Shown: positions 1 to 10,287 of the stretch, one piece after another
How the letters are laid out: each line of letters opens with the position of its first letter
How positions within the stretch are numbered: position 1 is the first letter of the stretch
Assembly: GCA_040954595.2 (NCBI GenBank)
Contig: CM082582.2
Coordinates: forward strand, 9,105,483 to 9,169,482
Direction of reading: 5' to 3'
DNA from: Balanoglossus misakiensis
Lineage: Eukaryota > Animalia > Hemichordata
Length of the DNA stretch: 64,000 bases
Program-made: the position numbers and the translations under genes
The notes under the pieces: generated by a model
What the model was told of the DNA's origin: nothing
Seen by the model: the letters and a program-made list of their open reading frames with translations, nothing else
Databases searched by the model: none

Positions 1-3000
1 AGAGTGGTAACATTGTTAATCCGTGCCCTCGGGGGTCGGAATGGCTACCTGTACTCTTGAACACAATTCTCCTCTTTGTCTGTGAAATGGTGCTTCTGGT
101 AAAACTTTTATCAGATGGATTTAAGTAGGAACTCTGGGTACTGCAAGATGTTCTTTCTCATAGACGTCTGTCCAGTGGTTACTCAATTAACTAAGCTACT
201 GTGTACTTCTTGCTCTATGTAATCTTTCTGAGTTATAAATTTTCTGAGTTATAATACTTAAAATACACATACTGTATTGTCTAAATACTTATAATACACA
301 TTATTGAAAGAATTTATGATGATACATGAAAGCATTGTCCAATTATTGTCAAAAGTTTGACATTGATATCAGGTTTTCTGATTCATGAGATGAATTTGGT
401 AAAAAGGGGGACATGTTTTCATCTGGCAATCAAAACTAAACCTCTCCAAAGGTTATATTGTCTATTCACCTCTCCTTAGAAACCTTCACATTTAGTTTTC
501 ATGGACACATTTTTGCCGTCTTATTGAATTTCTTGTCAAAATTTCTAGTATGTACTACAGCAAAAAATTCTCGCAAGAGATTTTGCTTACAGGCCGAACG
601 TGTGGGCATTCACAATACAATGCAAAAGTAAACTTCATGAAAACTGGTACCACATGAACTTGTTTTTGGTGAACTATTTGTATCACATGATCTGAAAGAA
701 CCAATTAAATTGATTGCATGGTCAGTCTGAGTGCATACACTGGTACCATGTGATCGTCACATGACAAGAATAATCAAATCAAATTTGCGCACGGCTGTGA
801 TCAAGAAACCAGGTAGCAAACAGCATTAGAGGTCTGTTTTGAAATGAACTGTCTTTCTATATACTGCCACCTATTTGCACTTTTCCAAGCTTCAGTTCAC
901 CACACTTTTTTTTTAATTTCGAAGTGTTTTCCGCCGAAAACTTGATTGTACAGAAATAGATGATTTTTTTTAGAAATTTCTCAAATATATTTAATGCAGC
1001 TTTTCATTCAATGAAAGTGATTCACTTTTTTGTCAAGAACTGAATTTGTCAAGAAATCAACTTATTTTTTGAAATTGTTATTCCATTTTATTTTATTTTA
1101 TTTTATATTTTGCGTTTATCGAGTGATTGTGGAAAAAAGTAAACAATTATGTGTGTCATTTCCATGACTACTTACAAACTATTCATGGTGCCAGATTTTA
1201 CACATGTAAATCCTGTCTCTACTCTTTGTGTTGTTTTTTTCCCAGTAGATGAGATTTTAGTGAAAAAAATCTGTACAATAAAACCAATGTAGAAATATCA
1301 AGGAAGATATAAAAAACTGAATACAAAATGATATATATTCCATCCTTGAGAGCAGTGTGTGGTGTTGTTTTGTATTATGTGTTTGTTTGTGATCCCAATG
1401 TCGTTTGAAGGTGTGGACTTGAACCTCCATCCCTGGAATTACATCAGGAATGGTATTCTCATGCAGTCAGACATCGAGTGGACAGTGCACATGTCAATTT
1501 ACACAACTCCATTCATGGCCGACAGCAACTTGGGCGTTCTTCCAAGCTACAATGGTACAGTCTGACAGGCAACCACACGTTAATCAAGAATGATTCGCAT
1601 AATGTCTTGTTGTCAGAGACATATCTATAAATAGTCGTATGCAACCACTCATTCGTTTGAGATACACATTTTAATCGAATATTCTGTTCCACTGCATTGT
1701 CGCACACATCTACCCAAACAGTAAATTTGCCACAATTAATTGAGACAACATATGAAGTGTATTCATGCCAGATATTTTTGTCAGAACCCCTGGGACACCA
1801 AATTGACCTGTGTGGATGCAGTTTTGCCCCAGCCAGGGATGAAGTACAATCTTGTTGACGACTACACTTTCTCAATGTGAAATATTGGTTCAAAATCAAG
1901 CCTGTTCATAGTTCAGTTTGACATGATCAATTCTGTGGGGAAACGTGCAGGGAGAGGCAGGCGATTCATGCAGGCAGTGAACACTATATACAGCAGCTGT
2001 TTGTCTGCTCGTTGCAAGTGCTCTCATCTCCGCAAGTGATGCAGTGTCATGCAAATGAGGGACCCCCGATATGCTTGAAATAATGACCAATCACGCGCTT
2101 CACTGAACAACCTTAAATGACAATCAGAAGCCACAGTGAGACCTCGGGTAGAGATGTCAACTATTTAAAAAAAAAACCTGGTTGTTAAGGACTTCTCCAT
2201 TATTATAATGGCCTTTGTTGCCCTGACCACATCATTTCTTTGCGGATGCTTGACCTTTTGCACGTAGGAGTGGTTGCCATGGATGCGGTTCCACCCTGCC
2301 ATTGACCAGCAAATGTCGATCAAACAAACCCATGCACAAGCTCATTCAGCGCGATTTAATTTGCTCTTGTCGTCGCCACAGACAGTCGCGCGCACAATAA
2401 GCTAGCACTTCCTGTTGCCAGGTGAATGCATCTGTCATTTGTGTGTGTGTGCAAGGCTGTGTGCTTGTGGCTTATAAAAACTTCACACTGTTAATTTTTC
2501 AATAACATTAAAAAATGTGAATTTAATTGAAAATGTACTGTCGCATGAAAAGCGACTGAGGCATTAGATCACTCGGAAGGTCAATGGAATTATTTCACTT
2601 GAATACACACTTGGGAGTCAGGTAGCATGCAAAGGTGATGTTTGTGAGCAACGGTTGTTTTTATAAATGGCAATTAAAGAGGCTATATGTATCATGGTGC
2701 CATCTAAGGATTGCTAATTTTCTTAATAATCATTGGTATTAAAATTCTGTGTTTTAAACTGTATGTTGGTTAAAAGTTTAAAGGCATCAATTATAGCTGC
2801 AACTTTTAACATCGGTGGGAATGCATATGTAAAGGTTGGACATGATCAACAATAAACAGGTGTCCCACTCAAATATGGTGGCCTCAATGCAAATACCAGT
2901 GTGCAAATAAAACAATCCACCGTAACTTGCTGTTTTCATCGGAGAGGCACTCTACTGCCAATGCAAGATGGATAGCCAGGCCCTCAAACTGTGATGAAGT

Positions 3001-3959
3001 GTATGGCTGTACACAATCTGGGGGGAGAGGGGTTTTGTGTGAGAGAGCCCATTGATATCAAAAGTTAATGACATGAGATGGCCATACATCATGGATACAC
3101 AAAGATCTTATCAGACTGACTTTGTATGATGAATTACACCAATGTTAGCTGTGCTTGCTGTGTGTTTTATTGGATACTACAATGTACACTGTGTCGAAAC
3201 CTCATGCTGTTTTTACAGGTAAAGAATTAAGGCACTTTGGGGCAAATTGATTGGAACTTGTCATATTTAGTATCCACTCATGCACTCACATCAACCACTT
3301 TCTGTTCTGATCATGCAAAGACATTGCCATGCCTGTACTCTATAACAGGACTAGAACAAGGAAAGAGGATAGAACCTATCCTCTCTATTAAGCTAACAGT
3401 TAAGGTGGCAATCAGATTATGTCAGTTGAAAATAAAATGATACGTTGAAGATATTTACTTTCTGCTGTATTATTTAAACAGGACAGCTATTGACTTTGGA
3501 GAGATTTTTTTAAAAAGTCACTATAATCACGCACAGATTTATAGGTTTATTTCGGAAGAAAATACTGAAACATCAGTAGATGATATTTGATATTGGGACG
3601 CCCATTGTTGCTAGCATTGTGTGTCAGGTGTTGTGTGGGTGATTCATGGACAATAAACATTAAGAGTGAAAAGTAAATGTGTTCCATCCATCAACGGTGT
3701 AGCGCGGGGCGAGTTGACTGCAAGCGAAATTAATCAACAAGCCTGGGCTTACGACGCATTGTGTAAGGGGGTGTGAAAGATAGCATCTAAACTCCTGTTT
3801 AATCACCACCAGACTGATCCACAGCCAACCGGTGATGATGAAGCCAGGCACAAGATGGATGGAGGCGCGATGTTACAGGCAATACTTGACTTCAATTCAT
3901 TTGACACCAAAATGAAATATGGTAGGCAGGGCTATGGGGGCTCTGTACTAGTAAAAATT

Positions 3960-4600
3960 ATGTTTCATTAATATTATGTGGTAAAAATAACTTATAAATA
4001 ACTGGAATTGATTGACTAGCATCTCAAATTAATTGTATATGTTAACATACAATTAAATTTCTTTGAATTAATTGTATGTGCTTTAAATAATTTTGTGTTC
4101 AAACTATTTTCACTTGCTGCAATTAATCTTTTGTATATGCTAGAGTTCATTTTACTAGCTATTAGTTTTGTGTTGTCAATTAATTTTGGCCAATCCTACA
4201 GTCCTTTGCGCACGCTTCCATCAAAATGTCCTTTTGAATTTTATAAATTTGTTGTGTTCAATTAATTAGTTCACCAATTGATAAGTGAGCAACGTTATTA
4301 TAAGTATTGCACAGCTATTTTCTCTCGTGTGTGGCAGTCTTGAGTAATTGTATTCACCAGGAATAACATCAAAACAAATTGAATATAATAAAGTCAATAA
4401 AAATCGTCGACACTTTTAAACAGTAAATTTATTTATGAAACTTTTTCAAATGACTGCAGCCCATAATGAAAAAATACTTGGGTGACGTCACGAAAAGTTC
4501 CAACGCTTGGTGGCGACATTACGACATTACAATTCCCGAACAGACCTCATTGTCTTTGCCTACCAGGTGCGAATCTGTCTGGCAATGTACTGCGTTTTCA
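3960..4600 (+). repeat. Older, degenerate copies of the left-arm sequence
   Basis: 4310-4600 resembles 4860-5190 (ttcaccagga.aacatcaaa; ggtgacgtcacgaaa; cttggtggcgacatt; caggtgcgaatctg). 3960-4030 and 4178-4230 resemble parts of the 205 bp unit (acagtcctttgcgcac). Confidence 0.75.
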
Positions 4601-5200
4601 ATATATATTTAAAGTTTGTGAACAGTCGTGTTGAAGTAGGTCAACGCCCGGGTCAACGTAAATTGGAGCGTCTACGTTGCACATCTTTTCCAAGAGTGTG
4701 GAGCCAAATTGACCAATCACAAGTGTTGTGGTCTACCTGTTGTGGTTGTGCGGATAGGAACTGACCAATCAGAATTGTCGGGTCGAAATGAATAATTAAT
4801 GAGCCAGACAGGGACGCGAGTGACCTCGATTGCATGCATGTTGTTTCTCGAGGAAATTTGCTCAGCTATTCACTCGTGTGAGTAATTTTCTTCACCAGGA
4901 AAACATCAAATTAGTTGCATATAACAAAGTTAAAATAAAGAAACAAAACTCGTCCACACATAACAGGAAATATTTGTTGAGAAAACTACTTCGAGTGACG
5001 GCAGCCATTTTGGTTCAAAAAGTTTGGTGACGTCACGAAATTTTCCACCACTTGGTGGCGACATTTACAATTCCACTGTCCGGCCGTGTGTATATATGTA
5101 CATGGTACATACGGGCATATGTACGTGGTCAGACATGCAGTCCGCCATGTTTGTCAACAGGTGCAAATCTGACTGCCAATGTACGCACTTTGGGCCTGTT

Positions 5201-5611
5201 CTGTTCATAATTATTTTTTTTATTAATTTAATGTGTTAGAAATAATTTTCTGTAGACTGGAATTAATTTTAGTAGCTAGCTAGTAGCTAGCATCTCGAAT
5301 TAATTTGGCAGATCCCACAGTCCTTTGCGCACACTTCCCTAAATCAAAATGGCGGCTGTGACCGTCAGTTCTTCCTCGCATAAAGTTCAAAAAGGGACTG
5401 TTGTACTGTTCATAATTATTTTTTTTTATTAATTTAATGTGTTAGAAATAATTATCTGATGACTGGAATTAATTTTAGTAGCTAGCTAGTAGCTAGCATC
5501 TCGAATTAATTTGGCAGATCCCACAGTCCTTTGCGCACACTTCCCTAAATCAAAATGGCGGCTGTGACCGTCAGTTCTTCCTCGCATAAAGTTCAAAAAG
5601 GGACTGTTGTA
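5201..5611 (+). repeat. 205/206 bp tandem duplication in the left arm
   Basis: 5201-5405 and 5406-5611 both run ctgttcataatt...gggactgttgta and are nearly identical. Confidence 0.95.
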
Positions 5612-5780
5612 CAAGTTGTGAGGCGTTTTGTGGCGGATTGTCGCCCCGTACGAATAAAGTGTGGCCGGTAACGCCGACCGGGGCACAAGTTTTGGTCCAC
5701 AGATGGAAATTTCTAGTCGAAACCACAGAAATTCGGTTGAGATAATCACCAGCTATAGCTTTGCTGTGGACGTGCCTAAC

Positions 5781-6603
5781 GGCTGTTCGTGGTGGTTAGA
5801 CATGTTTGCCTAACTCAGTACATGGGGTGATATGATTTTTAACGGTGATTTATGATTTTGCCTAACCGTTCACCATTGGGCACGGATGGCTGTTCATGGT
5901 GGATAGACATTTATTACCTAACTCAGTGCATGGAGTTTTATTACTTGATACATGTACATGTTATGTGTTTCTCATTAAAAATTAACAATTACTGCTCTAT
6001 AGTGGTCTCATATCATCAAGGTTCTTAGATAGGCAGTTTCATGCATAGCCGTGGTTCTTCCCGAAAAATTGTGGTTCTTACGTTATACAGCCTACAAAGT
6101 CAAATTTTTTCAAGGTTCTAGCTTACAAAGTCTTAATTTTAGTTTATGCAATGATAATTTCTCATTAAAAATTAACAATTACCGCTCTATAGCGCTCTCA
6201 TATCATCAAGGTTCTTAGATAGGCAGTTTCATGCATAGCCTTGGTTCTTACCGAAAAATCGTGGTTCTTACGTTATACAGCCTACAAAGTCAAAACTACT
6301 CAAGGTTCTAGATTACAAAGTCTTATTTTCAGTCGAAGTGATGATAATTTCTCATCAAAAATTAACAATTATCGTAATTTATCTCTCTGAAACACCAAGG
6401 TTCAAGCCGTCAAACACATAACATGTATCAGGTAATAAAACTCCATGCACTGGGTTAGGTAATAAATGTCTATCCACCATGAACAGCCATCCATGCCCAA
6501 TGGTGAACGGTTAGGCAAAATCATAAATCACCGTTAAAAATCATATCCCCCCCCCCCCCCATGCAATGAGTTAGGCAAACATGTCTAACCACCATGAACA
6601 GCC
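5781..6603. repeat. Nested ~190 bp inverted repeat (5781-5970 / 6412-6603)
   Basis: ggctgttcgtggtggttagacatg...ttatgtgttt pairs with aaacacataa...catgtctaaccaccatgaacagcc, with a few substitutions and a poly-C expansion. Confidence 0.9.
5968..6403 (+). repeat. 190 bp tandem repeat, about 2.3 copies
   Basis: ctcatYaaaaattaacaatt begins at 5971, 6161 and 6351, an exact 190 bp period. Internal GGTTCT and TACAAAGTC sub-repeats are present. Confidence 0.92.
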
Positions 6604-6852
6604 ATCCATGCCCAATGGTTAACAGTTAGGCAAAGTCATATATCACCATTAACATTAATATCAGTCCATGCACTGAGTTAGGCACCAAAGGTCTAGCCAC
6701 CATTAACAGCCATAAAGGCCCAATGGTGATAGTTAGGCAAAATCATATCGCCTGTTAATAATTTTATTACTCTATGTACACAAGTTAGGCAACAAATGTC
6801 TAGCCACTGAGAACAGCCATCCATGCCCAATGGTGAACAGTTGCAGTTAGGC
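6454..6852 (+). repeat. ~107 bp tandem repeat, about 3.6 diverged copies
   Basis: Units start GTTAGG...GTCTA.CCAC at 6454, 6570, 6677 and 6784. Each contains AACAGCCAT..CCCAATGGT and a second GTTAGGCA. Confidence 0.88.
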
Positions 6853-7014
6853 ATCGCCGTAAAACACACAGCCCTGCCACGCAGAGCTATCCCAATGCCA
6901 ACACGCTCGCTTTACCCACGGTCACCGTCCCTTAACGTACTGTCATTTCGTGTCATATACTAGAACTACCATCCTTTGCTCTGCATGGCAGGATTGTGTT
7001 TTACGATGATGCCT
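6849..7014. repeat. Small imperfect inverted repeat (MITE-like, ~38 bp arms)
   Basis: aggcatcgccgtaaaacacacagccctgccacgcagagc (6849-6887) pairs with gctctgcatggcaggattgtgttttacgatgatgcct (6978-7014). Confidence 0.8.
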
Positions 7015-7187
7015 CCATACACACCACGTCCACAGCAAAGCTATAGCTGGTGATTATCTCAACCGAATTTCTGTGGTTTCGACTAGAAATTTCCATCTGT
7101 GGACCAAAACTTGTGCCCCGGTCGGCGTTACCGGCCACACTTTATTCGTACGGGGCGACAATCCGCCACAAAACGCCTCACAACTTG

Positions 7188-7599
7188 TACAACAGTCCCT
7201 TTTTGAACTTTATGCGAGGAAGAACTGACGGTCACAGCCGCCATTTTGATTTAGGGAAGTGTGCGCAAAGGACTGTGGGATCTGCCAAATTAATTCGAGA
7301 TGCTAGCTACTAGCTAGCTACTAAAATTAATTCCAGTCATCAGATAATTATTTCTAACACATTAAATTAATAAAAAAAAATAATTATGAACAGTACAACA
7401 GTCCCTTTTTGAACTTTATGCGAGGAAGAACTGACGGTCACAGCCGCCATTTTGATTTAGGGAAGTGTGCGCAAAGGACTGTGGGATCTGCCAAATTAAT
7501 TCGAGATGCTAGCTACTAGCTAGCTACTAAAATTAATTCCAGTCATCAGAAAATTATTTCTAACACATTAAATTAATAAAAAAAAATAATTATGAACAG
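7188..7599 (-). repeat. Mirror copy of the 205/206 bp tandem duplication in the right arm
   Basis: Two copies of tacaacagtccc...aattatgaacag, the reverse complement of the left-arm units. Confidence 0.93.
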
Positions 7600-8309
7600 A
7601 ACAGGCCCAAAGTGCGTACATTGGCAGTCAGATTCGCACCTGTTGACAAACATGGCGGATAGCTGCATGCATGCTCTGACCACGTGTACATGCCCGTATG
7701 TACCATGTACATGCACACGGTGGAATTGTAAATGTCCCCACCAAGTGGTAGAAATTTTCGTGACGTCACCAAACTTTTTGAACCAAAATGGCGGAAAATT
7801 ATAGCCGAGTAAAAGGTCAACCGAGGCAGTTTTCTCTACAAAAATTTCTTATGTGTGGATTATTTTTCTTCCTTTTTTAACAAGCCATTCACAGCGGGTA
7901 CTATTGATTTACAGTCGACAGGATCGCCAAAAAAAGGAAAATCATGAATATTAATATATGGTGTCAAAGGTTACTTTACGGCCAATCAGATCGCTGTTTC
8001 CGACTCATGAATATCAGTTCCACAGAAACTATGGATACCCTTAGTTTTAGTTCAAATAAATAAAATCTATGTCGCCTAAATGCCCAGGATTTTGTCCGAG
8101 GATACATTGATACACCCTCTAGCGATCTACTGATGCGTTTTGAAATCAACAGTTGCACTTTTTAGCAACAGCTGATAATTTCTGCCACACCCAATATAGA
8201 CAACAGCACAACATTTTGGTATTTTTAATTTTTAATTTCGTCTCAAACTCAATATACTTTTAACTAAGCGTATCTGTAAACGTAATTTCAAGATTTTCCA
8301 CGATACATC

Positions 8310-8595
8310 TGTCTACATAAGCAGCACTGTTTGTGGTGCTTAGTTACAAAATAAAATTGTGCAATCAAGGTGATATTCAAATTTTGAAACTTGGTTGCAG
8401 ACAACACAACTTTTTAATTAGAACCATGGACAATAGTTGTTCAGTGAAATGAAATCATGTCTACATAGCAGCAGTGTTGGTGTTCCTTGGTGCTTAGTTA
8501 CAAATTATGAATTTATGCTATCAAGGTGACATACAAATCTCAATGATCAGGAAAATGTAAATTTGGTTGCAGACACCAAGTTTTTAACGAACCAA
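8310..8595 (+). repeat. Diverged ~148 bp tandem duplication
   Basis: tgtctacata..gcagca..tggtgcttagttacaaa..atcaaggtga..ttggttgcagaca..gaacca occurs at 8310-8427 and again at 8458-8595. Confidence 0.8.
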
Positions 8596-10287
8596 AATAT
8601 TAAGCAAATTTTGTCTCCAACAAAGTTGACCACAATTAATTAAAGTTGACTACAATTAATTAACTGGAATGACAGTTGTAAACGAATTAACCACAGGGAA
8701 AAAAATTGCCCTTGAAAAGAAATTTAAATGAGCATCCATTCTGCAGATTCTAGAGATCGTGATATGATACGGGATAACAAACAGTGCAGTCATATTTTTC
8801 GTTCAGAGCATTTAAGACTCGGCTGCAAGCCCTTCAGATATTATCTGCGCTGTCCATTACAAGGCTGTTTCCAGTCTGCTCATAAGTGTAGTACAAAGAT
8901 TATTGACAGCCTGCCCCATCAATCATCCTCTGAGTAATACATGTAATTACACAACCACTGTCTCCATCTGCGGACGACTTTCAACACTTGGTGGCGTTCT
9001 TCACTGTAAGAAATGGATTCATCTGCCCTGTCATGTGATCCGTCTTCATGATAACAAGCTGCCAGATATTTTTTAGTTACATAAAATCTTTACGGCCTGA
9101 AAGTTTAATCTTTGATTCTACAAAGCAGAGCTATCCACAGTGGACGCTGCTTTTTAATTTTGGATGACTGGATAATAATAAACGTATTCATTGAATATTC
9201 AATTTAGCCACCATCATAAATTCCTGGAGAGAACACAGCATAAACATCAATGTATAGACATAATTAAATAACTATAAATATCTGCAAATAAATATACTCT
9301 AAAAATAAATGCTTTCAAACTGATATTTACAAAAAATCACACAGATATAAATAAAACTAGTGAAATATTGTGATCATTTCTCAATGTTGTCTCACTGAAA
9401 ATGAAAGATATTTGTAATACAATTGTCTGCTGTGAAAAAAAGTAGGGGACAGTTTCTTTGGCAACTTCCATGACCCCTAGATGACCCCACATTTCGGTAT
9501 TCTTTTTGGAAAATCCATTTTTCTCGCTTTTGTAAGGTCAAAAATAATTGAAGGGGTATCACCTTACCTAATCGTACATGTATTTCATATTATGTTGTCA
9601 ATCAAAAAATGAACTGACTAATCTGATCTCACAGGTTTTCGAAAGCAAAAATAAAAAATAAAATGAAAGCAAAACTCAACGACCTATCGTATCAGCTAGA
9701 TATAGACTATTCCGTCTATAGCAGCTAGAAAACTTAAAATGGTCAATCATTAGTATAAACTAAACATTCAAATCCTAGAAAGTGGTTTGATCATTTCTGC
9801 ATCATTTAACCTCTTTTTCCTAACAATTTGTTTTCATTTGGGATTGGACCCACACACTATGAATTCAGGTGAAAAAGCAAAACAGTATTAGCAATGGGAT
9901 ATGTTCTGTGTACCATTACATCATAAGTAACACAAACGATCAAAGCTAAAGAAAAGTGACAATGGAACTTTTTAGCTGAATATATAGTTAGTAATATTAA
10001 ACAACAAAATGAATCAGTTCAGGACAGTATGTACCCAAAATGCCATGATTCCCTTATCAAAGCCATTTCAAGAACTCGAATCAACGGTAAAACAAATCTG
10101 TATTTTGGCAATCTTTGAACAAATCTGGCAGTCACATTACTTGGCAACTGCCATGTGAGTTTAACAGGTCAAAGGTAAAGCTCCAAGGATAACGCCCAAG
10201 TTTCCATGGCAACCTCTCGGCAAGAGTGAATGTCCTCTTTTCAACTTCACAGCTTTCAGGACAATGGAAGGTTAACAGCAGATTCCC

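Larger units (their letters stand above)
5004..7792. mobile_element. Non-autonomous foldback-like element / palindrome with ~770 bp inverted arms
   Basis: 5004-5774 is the reverse complement of 7025-7792; the identical 87 aa ORFs at 5486-5749 (-) and 7050-7313 (+) confirm this. The 1.25 kb spacer is made of repeats. No transposase and no target-site duplication were found. The inverted repeat is certain; transposon status is inference. Confidence 0.7.

Noticed and set aside
3700-3870. GC-richer patch with gcctgggctt/aagccaggc pairing, considered as ribozyme, SECIS or snoRNA
   Set aside because: No complete hammerhead, SECIS or box C/D core could be assembled.
5968-6852. CRISPR-like array or telomeric TTAGGC repeats
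   Set aside because: Whole units repeat, with no unique spacers and no cas genes, in a eukaryotic context. The TTAGGC copies are dispersed rather than tandem.
5486-7313. Two identical 87 aa ORFs
   Set aside because: A consequence of the inverted repeat. They have GTG starts and no transposase or other motif.
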